Positions 51,311-62,788 of a DNA stretch of 64,000 nt are shown in pieces. A program made the translations under genes and the position numbers. The stretch's first letter is position 1. The number at the start of each line of letters is the position of its first letter. Below the pieces are notes generated by a model, which was not told the DNA's origin, did no database searches, and saw only the letters and a program-made list of their open reading frames with translations. Source of the DNA: Schizochytrium sp. TIO01 (lineage: Eukaryota > Protista > Bigyra: Labyrinthulomycetes); the NCBI GenBank assembly GCA_004764695.1, contig SMSO01000025.1, positions 1,550,001 through 1,614,000 of the forward strand, written 5' to 3'.

Positions 51311-52645
51311 ATGATGTCACCTACGAAGACAAAGCGGCCCAAGAACCCTGCTTCGCTCGCACAACCCATAAATTCGGGACCAGGAGCCCGGTTAGCCAGT
51401 CGTAGATTCCTTCAGACCGAAGATGGAAAACCAGGTGCATCGAACAGCATGAGCCCTAGCATAGCTAACTCCATGAGAAACCTTGATATTGGTGCTACTG
51501 GTGCTATGAAATCACCGTCAACTTCAACACCCAAGTCCATCACCGAAAAAGTATTTGGCACCAGCAAAAAGAAGAAGAAAGGAGATATCCTGGAACCGGA
51601 GGAAGTCCTTTCCCACCCAGGCCGTCTCAAAGTAGATGTACCTGATAGTATCCTGCTTATGGCATTCTCACTTGATGCCATTCATCGAAAGGATGAGTCT
51701 TCAAGCTCGCGTCCTGTCATAATCTCTTGCCTTGAGGCAGAACACCCAGAGCAAAACTGGAACTACAATCTCTTCCAGACGCAAGCCCCGCTCAAATTCG
51801 TAGAGGCTACAGGAAAAACTGCAACATGGAAACCTCCCACGCTCCTTACAGCTGGAACTTGGCTCGGCAACGAGGAGGCCACAACTGCAAGAAGAGACAA
51901 GAAAGCTTTCATGAGCTGGACTGGAGTTCTCGATCGTGTTGAGTTGGTGAATATCCTTAAGCGCTGTGTCAACTGTCACGGCCAGGAATTACAAGAACGC
52001 GAAATCGAATATGGTGTCAAAATGTATGAAGCTCTAGAGCAATCCATGCAACGTGAGCTCTGGGACTCCAGCTATCGATGTGCTATCGACCTTGTCTGGC
52101 GCTTTCCGAATTTTGCGCTAGCATACTTCAAAGCTGGACTTTGCCTCGCTCTGAAAACCCGGAGCCGCTCTCCCACGAAACGCAGCAATACCCGTGATGT
52201 CAATGGAGATTCCTCCCCTAGTTCTCCTTCAAAGAGCAAAGCGCCCAATGGACCCAGCTCAGCATCAGTTGCAGAAAGATTTACATCAGGCATTGATCAA
52301 GCGTATGGTGGCTTCAATAATATTGTCAAATCATTGGATCCTACGCAGGTATTCCAAAATGACGGGGTTGATAATCCTGAACAGTGGGATTCTGTCCAAA
52401 CTCCAACTACGCCCCCACTTGTTGGTCTTTCACCAGCAATCTTGGAAGAGATCTCCCACTTTTGGCGATGTGCAACGCTTATTGAGCCACAGAACTGCCA
52501 TCTGAATGGTCTCATTGACTTGTCTTTACGATTGTGCACAAACCTTTTTGTCTCGCGAATCCATATGTACAGAGACCCTGGCCTCTTCCCACGCTCGCTT
52601 GGCGATGCTGTAGCATTTGCTGTGCTTGAGAACGCATCACGGTGA
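51311..52645 (+). CDS. Hypothetical protein with TPR-like helices
   Basis: 444-codon ATG-initiated ORF. TPR-like segments (YRCAIDLVWRFPNFALAYFKAGLCLA; HFWRCATLIEPQN) are separated by an S/P-rich linker. Family not recognised. Confidence 0.7.
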   Translation: MMSPTKTKRPKNPASLAQPINSGPGARLASRRFLQTEDGKPGASNSMSPSIANSMRNLDIGATGAMKSPSTSTPKSITEKVFGTSKKKKKGDILEPEEVLSHPGRLKVDVPDSILLMAFSLDAIHRKDESSSSRPVIISCLEAEHPEQNWNYNLFQTQAPLKFVEATGKTATWKPPTLLTAGTWLGNEEATTARRDKKAFMSWTGVLDRVELVNILKRCVNCHGQELQEREIEYGVKMYEALEQSMQRELWDSSYRCAIDLVWRFPNFALAYFKAGLCLALKTRSRSPTKRSNTRDVNGDSSPSSPSKSKAPNGPSSASVAERFTSGIDQAYGGFNNIVKSLDPTQVFQNDGVDNPEQWDSVQTPTTPPLVGLSPAILEEISHFWRCATLIEPQNCHLNGLIDLSLRLCTNLFVSRIHMYRDPGLFPRSLGDAVAFAVLENASR

Positions 52646-53024
52646 TAATCTTACTCGGTATTATTAGACCTTTCTTGTAAAATCAAAAGCCAGTTTCTCT
52701 CCTTTGTGAACATTTCATGTCATTTCTTGCAATAGTTTTGTATTCTACTAAATACCAACATCATGAAATTGTTAGACTGCTCTCGGAGGAGTTACAGGCT
52801 GCTACAAGACAAACGTATTCCTCATGCATTCCTCTGGATCGTGTTCGGTCTGGCTGGGTCAATAAATAAGGATCATGGAAACAAAAATTACAATTGTGAT
52901 CGTCAACTAGATAAAATTATATTTTAAAAATGAAACTAATTTGAGAAAGTATAATATATATATTCCTTTAGGTTTTTCTGTAGATTAACTTTGAATATGC
53001 ACAAGCACACAACAAGGAAATACC

Positions 53025-56000
53025 TTACTCTTCCTCCTCAGCTTCTGCAGCAGCCGCTGCCGCTGCCGCTGCTGCTGCCGCAGCAGCCTCAGCTTCTGCG
53101 TCATATTCCTGCAACATGAGGACATGTTTGAGCAAGTACTCATACCATTGGTCCTTTGTAACTAGAGGTCCCTGAAGCTGCTCTCTTGGGTCATTTTCAA
53201 TCTTCCACTCGGACATCTTTTCCACAACGTCTTCCAAAGTTGTACAGTTGTCTTCATCAAGGCAGAATTGATCCCAGTACTGTTCACAAGCTTGCACTGC
53301 TGAGCGAGCCGGGCGGTATCTATCAAGAACATCCTGAAGAAGTGCCTCGGGCGAACCATCACCCGGAGCCCAAGTATCAATACGACGTTGCTCACGCTCT
53401 CGTTGTGCCAGATTCTGAATATGCGAGCGAGCTGCTAAGACAAGGTCCTCAGCATCCATAGATGTACTCAAACGAATGGTCTTATCCATCGCTGCCATAA
53501 GCTCTGCCACTGAGGTCAGAGAACGAGGACTGTCCGTTTCAGCGTTGTCGAGGTATACGCATGAACGGATGGGACCAACTCGCTTTTCAAGTGCGAAGAG
53601 CTGGTCATGCACAAACGGAAATCCAGAACCTGTTGCTGATGGGTACCCGTGCAGAAGAAATTCCTTAGCTCCCGTCATGGCCTTAGCATTAATGTCGATT
53701 TGAATGAGAGAAATCACGTCATCTAGTGGTAGTGCCTGGCCAGTGCGCTCAGCTTTGCCTAGGCGTTGACCACATGGGGTTCCACGAGCGATCTCTGCCC
53801 GAACAAGCTCGGTTACGCGGATTGGGACAATATCCAGAGACTTGGACATCTCTGTAGCGACACTGCGAGCAGGCTCTGCAGTTGCAGAGTGGCTTACGAG
53901 CAAATGCAAACCAACCATGAACGGATGACGCAGGGAATACAAAGTTCATCATGATTAGTGGATGAACAATCCACCGTATAGTGTGCGATAGGGGCAAGCT
54001 TTTCACGAAGTGCCTCGAGCTGTGCAACCTTTGCTGAAGCAGCTTCTTCGGCTTCCTCTGCAGCCTCGGGCTCGGACGCCGCCGCAGCAGCGTCTTCATC
54101 ACCAGCAGCACGTGCGGCTGCGGCCTCAGCTGCGCGATCGGCAACACGCTGCTGCAAAAATCGATTCTTAGCCACCAACACATTTGTGCATTCCAAAACA
54201 ATGACACGGCAATTTGGCAAAAGCTTGAGAAGATTAGGTTTGGGGTCTTCGTAAACAGCCAAGATTCCACGCGCTCCGCAGGAACGCGCAGCACGTAGAA
54301 TCATGTATCGCCTTGCGGCATAGAGATCCTTCTCAAGTTCTGCACGATCAGCATCTATGTCGTCATGAACCACGTCGCGAGAATTTTTGGCTTCGATGTA
54401 AGCCTGAGCTTCCCAAGTACCTGCACATTTGGCCAGGGAAGAAAATGCTGCATTCACGTCAAACAAATAGTAGCCAAACTCTTTTGCCACCTGCTTGAGG
54501 AACTGCATTTTCGCCTGTGGGCCATAGGCACCTGATCCAGCTATCACAACAATCTCCGGACCAGCACGCAAATGATCACGGTGACGCAAGCGTCCCTCAA
54601 AAGCTAGCTGATCAACTAATTGAGATGACGCATCCCGGTCTGCCAAAGCTGCCAAAGGTTTACCGAATTGCTCAAAAAGATCATGAGCGGCATCCTCAGG
54701 AAAGTTCTTCACAAAGAATGTGTCGAAGCCTGGGGATCCCACAAAGATTCGCTTTACGTCGGAGACTCCATCCGGCGCAGAGTAAAACATGTCAGAGTCA
54801 ATTGAAGATGTATCAAGCATGTATCCCGGACGCGCATCATCATGAACATGGTGAATAATATCACGACGTGTCAGCCCGGCAATATCGAAGGTACGAGCGC
54901 GGCCCATAATTGACATGTAATTAAACACCTCTCCAGATTCGAAAGAGCCTGGCTTCGTAGAGTTGTAGACACGCAAGATGTGGTCGACAGCTCCGAGTTG
55001 AGTTTCGTACGCTGCAAGATCCTTCAAAGTCTTGGGGAAGCCAACCACAAGAAATGGGACAGAAGTGTGGTACTTGTGCATCACCTTGCGGAGCAATTGA
55101 ATCTTGAGTTCCGTAGGCACTTGCTGACGACGCTGCAAGATATTTTTTAGATTCTGTCCAAGCTTGGTGCCAGTCTGCGCTTCCTGACGTACCAAGTCCG
55201 GCACAATAAGAGGCGTGTATCCATCATGACCAAGGGGATCAACGTTATGGCAAATAGCCTGAACTGCATTTTTGGCACTGGTCGATGCATCAAGCAACAC
55301 CACACGGGGCAGCATGGTAAGAAGAGCTCGCTCAAATACATGGGTAGCAGGCTCGCCATCGTGAGGTTTGACGCTTCTCAACTTGCCGAGACGAGCAAAG
55401 TGCTCTACAACCGGGAGCGAGCGTTCCATGAAGGTATTAATACGCTTTTCCACTGTCTCAGGAGTATCATCATGACGCTTGCGCTTTGACAGACGATCCC
55501 GAATTAGGTCTGCATCACAATCCATGTAAAGTGCATATGTGCAGGGAGCGATGTTTTCTTCAAATTCGGCAACTTGACTCATCTCACGAGGAAAACCATC
55601 AATTAGGAAACGACGAGCTCCGCTGTGCTGCTCGACAGCCTTCTTCAGTAAGCGAACCGTGGTAGCATTGTCAACCAAGCCTCCGGCCTTCATGATTTCT
55701 AAAATACGAGCACCATCTTCAGTACCCATTTCAACTTCATTACGGAGCAAGTCGCCAGTACTGAGGTGAACAAATCCAAGTAACTCCTTGAGGCGAACAC
55801 AGACAGTTCCCTTTCCAGATCCAGGTCCACCAAGGACAAAGACGATTTCAGGCTTGCTGCTGCCCTTCATGATTGGCGCAACCTCTTCTTCAGTATCTGT
55901 TTCCATTGGCACAACTGGTGCTCTGTTTTCAAATTTAATTGGTCTACGGAATCCAGAGCTATCTTCGATTGAACTCGCCTGGCGCGCAGCATTGGCAGCC

Positions 56001-57463
56001 GCAGCACGCTGTTTGCGGGCTTCGAGCCATGCCATATCCTTGCTAGCAGCATCACGGTCAGGATTATTCTGTAGGAGCCACTCGCCAAGGAAGCGTACTG
56101 CGTCGAGTCCTGCAGGCTTGACTTTACAGAGTTCGCTCAAGCCAGATACTAAGAGCGATTGTACAAGCTGGGCCTCAGATCCTTCACTACTACGAGTAAC
56201 AGATTTGCGGATAAACTGTTTCGCGTTGCTGCTATCAACCTGGGGCAGACGCTCCAATTGTGGAAATACGTGGCAAATATCAGTAGAGATGTAAAGGTCA
56301 AGGCCTGTGTTTGCTTGAAGCATACGGCAGGTTTCATGAGCACCTGCTTTGGCTACGACATAAGCAGCGGCAAATTCAGAATGATGACCAACAGACATGA
56401 AGTCCTTTGTTACCACCTGTTTGCGAGCAAGGAACTCGAAGCCATACTGACGCATGGTATGTTCTGCTGCATCGTTCTGCATATTGTCAAGACAGACAAC
56501 TAAGAGACGCTCGACTTCAAGCCCTCTGGAACTAAAAATGAACTCAGCATCTTCTTTTGCAACACTGCTTGTGGGTGAGGCATAAATCATGTTGTGACCC
56601 GGTGCATAGCGGAGGGCTAGGTTTTTAACAGATCCAAACCCTTCGTAAGCTCGTACGAGTACCTCTTCTCCAGCTCTAGATTCGAGACCAAGCCGAGCGA
56701 GTTCTTCGTCACTTCCAGCAACAGTCCACGGTTGCTCCGCAACAACTACAAGGTCACGACTAGTCACGGGAGGTGCAGTCTGCCCAGGACCGTCAAAAAT
56801 CCCTATTGTGCGTTGCCAAATACCTGCTTCCTGACCAGGGAAAAAGAAGGCAACTTCGCGAGCAGCTGCGGACAGAGATGCAGAACAGAGAATTCCACGA
56901 CGAGCACGCCCAAGAGTACCGAGAGCACCACGGAGGCTCCACTTTGAGACTTCAGTACCATATTTGCGCATATCTTCCTCACGAGCCATCTCTGGAAGAT
57001 CGGGGCCGGCAAGCTGCAAGAGTTTCTCAACAGCGTTTTCGCCAGCAACACGGACGATGGTGATAGGCCCGCTTAGAATGTGCTTTGCGAGCGCACTAGC
57101 AGCGTCTGCATCACTTTCGTGCAGGCCAGCAAACGCATTTGCAAGTTCTGTGTTGAGAAGAGCGCGCTCTTTTTGTAAAATCCTCAGACCAGCAGCTTCG
57201 ATACGAGCAATGGCTATTTCTGCTTTGTCTGCTGCCATTTCCTTTCGAACTAGCTTATTATCATTGGCGGTGGCATCTTCACCCTCTTCCTCGCCTTTGC
57301 CTTCTTCAGCACTTTCCTCTGACTCGTCATTGTTCTTCTCCAGTGCGTCAGCAGCATCGAATTCCACAATCCACCGACGACCCGTAACACATGGCGTAAG
57401 CACACAAAGGGTTTCCTCCTCGTTTGCCGCCAGGAGTACTGCTGGCTCGGCCGGGGTGGCCAT
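53025..57463 (-). CDS. Large fusion: degenerate NDK domains + Dpy-30 motif + intact adenylate/UMP-CMP kinase domain + degenerate AK repeats + EF-hand-like tail; split by an apparent frameshift near 53942; probably axonemal
   Basis: NDK-like ILSGPITIVRVAGENAVEKLLQLAGP..SLRGALG..SAAAREVAFFFP; Dpy-30 LLVSGLSELCKVKP..AVRFLGEWLLQNNP; AK VFVLGGPGSGKGT, HLSTGDLLRNEV, FLIDGFPRE, RHDD. The downstream ORF 53025-53942 continues with a further AK-like repeat (VTELVRAEIARGT..FLLHGYP). Confidence 0.82.
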
Positions 57464-58131
57464 GATGTCAACAGGCTTCACTGGCTACGTATTTGATTAT
57501 CTCACTCTCCAAACTGGAGTAGCTACGGCAAGGCTGCCGCAGATTTTCAACTTGCGCTTACACCTGCATACACACGCACGCCCTTCTGAGCGTGCAGCCG
57601 TGTGTAAGCAAAAGCTTCAATAGGAGACTACCTGATAAGTAGCGTTTCCAGAGACTCTTTTCAATACCTTTAGTACCTCCACCTTCTCCCTATACTTCCA
57701 TTAAAAGGAGACGCTGATTTTGACAGTGAACGAATGCTCGAAAGAATAAGTAAGTCGCTGTTAGTCACTCAACAGTCTTTTCCTCTTTCCTCTATCAAAT
57801 CAACCCAATATGCCTAGTTCTCTTGCATGCTAGAGTTATCTTTTTCTATCAGTTGAGCTGTCGTGTCTTTTCCTCGCGCCTTACTCTCGCACAGAAAGGT
57901 AAATAATTAGGACAGGTTCCAAGCAAAGTGCTCCTCGCCAACGGACAAGTGGCCATCCTATATCTTAGAACCATCTGGTACACGCCTCATAGGTAGCTAG
58001 CTAAGTACCTTTACATGCTACTGCTAATCTGTCTATAAAGAAAGAGAGTAAAAATAAAAACAGGTGCAATAAATAAATAATAAACGAAAAGGAGGAAGGA
58101 TGATGAGATAGATAGGTCACTTTCCAAGGGT

Positions 58132-58145
58132 AAAAAGCTAAAAAA
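58132..58145 (-). terminator. Pol III oligo-T terminator of the tRNA-Leu gene
   Basis: Minus strand reads TTTTTT and then TTTTT a few nt downstream of the tRNA 3' end. Confidence 0.75.
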
Positions 58146-58151
58146 GAAATG

Positions 58152-58262
58152 TACAATGAGCGAGACTCGAACTCGCGCGCTTTCGCATTTGGGTGCTACG
58201 CGCAGATCTTAGGTAGAACTGCGCACCTAAACCAAACCCCTTAACCGCTCGGGCATCATTGC
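58152..58262 (-). tRNA. tRNA-Leu(UAG) with a 32-nt intron (58194-58225)
   Basis: Acceptor stem GCAATGA/TCATTGT; D-arm CCCGAGCGGTTAAGGG; anticodon stem TTTGG/CCAAA with loop TT-TAG-G^C; long variable arm; T-arm GCGAG TTCGAGT CTCGC; discriminator A. Confidence 0.92.
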
Positions 58263-61200
58263 GCTGGCTCATCGGTCGCAGAATCTGCGAGGGATGTTGC
58301 CTGAAGGTGCAGGGCAGTAACCTTGCTTATAAGCCTAGGGCCCAGAGCTGCACGCTTACAAGTACTCTAGCTAGAGGTAACCACGGAAAGAAGCGGCACG
58401 CGATTAAGAGGACTGCGAGGATGCCAGCGAGCGCATAAGGGATATGAACATAAATTGGCTGGAACGGGATGATGGATAAGTGGCAGGTACAGCCCTGTCT
58501 GTGGAGAAGCAGGACATTTTTGGTGTGAAAAGTGACCTCATGTTGATGAATTCACCAAAGGGCGAATTGGAAGATGCCAGTCATTGCCGGGCTTTTGGCT
58601 CCTGTGCTTTTTTACTGGATTGTTAGGTTCAGATAGAAACCGTGTTAACTTGTGTGGTTTGGTGTAGAAATTACGAGCTTGGGGAGATTTTGATAACTTT
58701 ACATTGTTTTATACCTACCAAGTACGAGGACAAATGAGAGACTGACCACACAATCACGGTGACTGCCTGCCTGTCATAAAAGCGCAATCTCAGCAAACAG
58801 AATTGTACGTCGAGTTAGAAGAGTTACTTCACTAGTAATTACTCAACTCTCGGTGTGAACTGAAGATGAAATCATGATACAAGTGTCTCCAGTAAGTGTC
58901 TCTAACAATTGCAAAGACTAGTTTACCTCGAGAGGTTGATGGGTTTTACATCACAAACATCGAAATCCGTTCTCGTGTTCTTCTATGTTTTAAATCCATG
59001 GCTTTCTAAATAAAAGAGGGTTAAGCCTCCGATTTCGCTAGATTTATTTTGTTCCTGCACTCGTAGTACGTTTGTTTTAACTTGGCTGCCGCAAATAAAC
59101 CATAATTAAATACTATGCATACATTATTTTACTACAAATATCTGGCTCGCTTTATTTAGCAAAAAAATACAAACCTAATAAGGAGAGTTAATCTTCTGAC
59201 CAAGAATCGATAACCCTGATAAGTTAAAGCTACGACTATTGCTGGTGACTTGAGCTAGATGCAGGAATAATAATAAAACGATGTCCTTGGATCTTGTAAG
59301 AATTAAGTCAAGAAACCCAGAAGTACGGGGATCTCCAGGAGAAACGATTACAAGTGACACCCTACTCAGAAGTTTTGGCATGATCTATGGCGACGCTTTG
59401 GAAATCCCAAACTGTATTGACAAATCTGTATATCAGCATCAACATTAACTCAGCTCCAACGAATCGAGAAGCAGAACTGATAGGCTCACTGAGAAGTACA
59501 CTGAGCGTCGTTGTAGGCATCAGAGGAGCCTTTGCAATTGATTGATTGAAGGAAATAATATTGAAATCCCTGAAGACTCCCAGAAGACATATCAGGAGCA
59601 ACAGATTCTCAAACACCAGCCAGAGCTAAAAGCCCAAATCAAGGAGGGCTGTATCTAGGCATTTCTAATCGAGGAAAGCAAAAGGCTGGGAGATGATTTT
59701 CAATATCCAATCATTGACCGTATTGTTGTGAAACTGTTGCAGCACTGCCTTGAACACGTGCAGTCTCAAGAAGCCAGGGTTTAGCCAAACCGTGATTGTC
59801 TTTTGAACCTCATTCAAAGCTACTTCGACAAGTGCAAAACAAATGAACCTAGTTCTACTTAACTCAATAAACCACTAAGACAAGTACGCAGATGACGACC
59901 CCAGAGTTTTAAAAAAATAAGCTTATAGTTTCCCAAAGGTAAATACATATTCAGTTTGCCCTCGTGGGCGAGGGTGTGATTATCCGTCAATAACATTTAC
60001 ATGCCCTGGTACTGTGTGTGAGTGTGATGTATTCTCAACAAACATCCATGAATTAGACCAACGTTAAGAACAACTTAGTATTAAAGTAGAGCCTATATGT
60101 TAAGGGTTGCAATCAGAATCCCCGAAAGGCACAAAATATGTATGTGAAGATGACAAAAGGTACTATCCGTTTGGGAATGTAGTAATGATTCTGGGTTGGT
60201 TCACTAGAAAAGGATTGAATAGATACATGTGCGTAGCTAACTCAAAAGGTAATGTGTATATATAAAGCCAAGCCATAGATTCACAAATTATATTATAGGT
60301 TATCCTTCTTCCCAGGTAAAACGGTTGATGCAGAACAATCATTTTATCCAATTGTGAAGTTAGAGCAAGTTCTCCGACTTTGAATTCGACCCTATGATCA
60401 ATGTTTATCAAGTAAACATGCTACATCCGTACAAAACAACGTAGTATGCCAATGATTCCTTAAAATGTTATGTTTGAGTTAGTATCACTCTTAGGAATCT
60501 ATGTCTTAAAAAACGTTATAGAGGTAGATCATCTCGTTCAACCCAATGGAATCTCAATTTAACAGATAAAACAGGACAACAGAGTTCAACGATTTTGGTA
60601 TAAGACTATCGAAAATACCATAATTGATTTTGCTCGTTTCGAACCTCCAGGAAGCTGAAATCACTTGTTCAAGACTAAATCAAAAGTCGCACGGTCTACA
60701 AAAATTAGTAAATACACCTAGAAAACATCAACAAAGTAAAAACGAAAAGTAAGATAGCAAGTCAAAGATATATTTCTACAAGAGATTAGAAGAATCTTAT
60801 TAAATAAAGCATTTCCTCAATTTTTCCAAGCATTTGAAATGCTAAATTTCAAGGAAACTTAAATGCATCCGCCCTAAAATCGCAGCAGAAGTATCATACC
60901 CATAAAAATCGTGTGAAAACCTGAACGATAGGCTACTGCAATTTCCATTAATTCTTATGGTGCCCTTTTCTGGTTGAACGAACTTGTCTAGCTTTTGTAA
61001 ATCACAAGACTAGTGTAGCAACATCCTGTTCACTAAACGGCATCAAACGTTAACAATAGTGTATACAATACATACATAAAAGGAACATTTGGAACTTTAT
61101 TTACGAACAAATAATATAAGATATAAAAATTGATTTTTGGCGGAGGCATTTTTTTTCAAACTATTATCCCCATTTTCTTCACCATCGATGATTCAATCGT

Positions 61201-61564
61201 GCCTAAGTTTTATTTTCTTCTCAGAATAAATGTCGCTCACTCCCTCCCAACCACCAAAACAACCCCGTGTCCAAGTTAGGTAACATTCTCCATTGATTAA
61301 TCAAGAACCGGGCGAAATTGGAGGTTTTATCCTACTGCTTAATTTGGAGGCAGATAAACTTTTGCAATTCCAGTATAAGTAAGATATGGCAAGGACAGCT
61401 CCAAATGAACCAAACAATATTTTGGACATTATACAAACACACACAAAAGAATAACATTAGAAAATATTGGAGGTGAAAGAAAGAATGTAGATGCTTATCC
61501 TTCTCAGGGAAAAAAGCAGCGTTGCGTTGCATAAATGCGTCGAATTCCTGTGTTATGGCTGATT

Positions 61565-62788
61565 TTACTTGAAGTATTTTGCAAGTTTAGGGCCCTGCTG
61601 TGCCTGGTAGTTGTTTGATTTCTCCGGGTGACCATAAGGCCTTGCCGGGAGAGAGGAGTTGTTGAAAAACTCCATGAGGCAAATTGGCTGCCCATCATAT
61701 ACAGTGACTGTTTCATGGGGCCGTACCTCGAGTACTCCAACCGTACCCTTGATCGAACCGTCATGGCCATATCCAAAACCAGGATCAAAAAATCCTGCGT
61801 AGTGAGCTCGAAGTTCACCAACCCGCGAAGAAAAGGGAACCATTTCTGCAGAAAGATGATTTGGAATACTCACACGCTCCTTGGTAGCAAGAATATAAAA
61901 CTTGTCTTTTTCCAGAGTTACGGCAGAGCTTGCTGGAATAGGCCGAAAGTATCGCTCCGCATCATGCGATCGCAAGCTACCTAGGTCAATTACTGCACTT
62001 GTGGGCACTGCCTCGAAGCCAAGTACTCCATCCGGGCGTTCTGCTGTAAGGTTGAGGCTCAAGACAAGAGCGCCGCGGTGCACCTGAGGAAAGGATATAG
62101 CTTCACCTTTCGCATCATAGCAGAGAATATTGCGGCTCAAACTCGTCGGTGAAAGCGGCGCGTCCTCACAAGGCGTCTGCTTGCGGAAGATCATCAACTG
62201 GGACAAAGGTTGGTGTGCGTGTACACGAACGTTGAAGCTGCGAGGGGAAACCTCCATCCAAAGCTCTCCAGAACCTTCGACAGTATCGTACAGTCCACAG
62301 CCATCAAAGATACCTCTCACCATGAGGTCAACGCGACCAATACTGGATTTCGGAGATAACGATCCATTAAGTCCCTCTTCTAAGTCTAATTTAGCGCACG
62401 GAAATAGATATGTTTGGCCCTTGAGCAACAGGACACCTTGCGCGGGGTCGACATCTTTACGTTCGAGCACAAGATCACTGTTCTCTGCTTGAACGAGAGC
62501 ACGGATGCTCTGGCGATGCGGCAAGACTTTATCACGCACCAAATAGCACTCTCTGCCCACGGGAAGGTCAACACTGGCTGGTTCAATGTGCTGCAAAAGT
62601 AAATTTGACTCCCTGTCCTGTCCAGAAGCTGAATCCGGGGCCTCTTCTCCGCCATCAATGCTCTGGTCGTTAGAGCGATTCACGCCATTTGTGCAAGGTC
62701 CTGATGCAATGTCAAGAAGCTCAATATCACCTTTGCGCACCAACTCCTCGAGTTCGTGGTCTACAAGCGCAACAACATCGACGTCCAT
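61565..62788 (-). CDS. dcd: 2'-deoxycytidine 5'-triphosphate deaminase (bacterial DCD-type, two dUTPase-fold halves)
   Basis: IEPASVDL, SPKSSIGRVDL, EVSPRSF, KFYILATKE, GELRAHYAGFFDPGFG, GVLEVRPHE and NYQAQ.GPKLAKYF. The homologous region begins at the ATG at 62788; the frame stays open upstream to 63268. Confidence 0.88.
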   Translation of the reverse strand: MDVDVVALVDHELEELVRKGDIELLDIASGPCTNGVNRSNDQSIDGGEEAPDSASGQDRESNLLLQHIEPASVDLPVGRECYLVRDKVLPHRQSIRALVQAENSDLVLERKDVDPAQGVLLLKGQTYLFPCAKLDLEEGLNGSLSPKSSIGRVDLMVRGIFDGCGLYDTVEGSGELWMEVSPRSFNVRVHAHQPLSQLMIFRKQTPCEDAPLSPTSLSRNILCYDAKGEAISFPQVHRGALVLSLNLTAERPDGVLGFEAVPTSAVIDLGSLRSHDAERYFRPIPASSAVTLEKDKFYILATKERVSIPNHLSAEMVPFSSRVGELRAHYAGFFDPGFGYGHDGSIKGTVGVLEVRPHETVTVYDGQPICLMEFFNNSSLPARPYGHPEKSNNYQAQQGPKLAKYFK

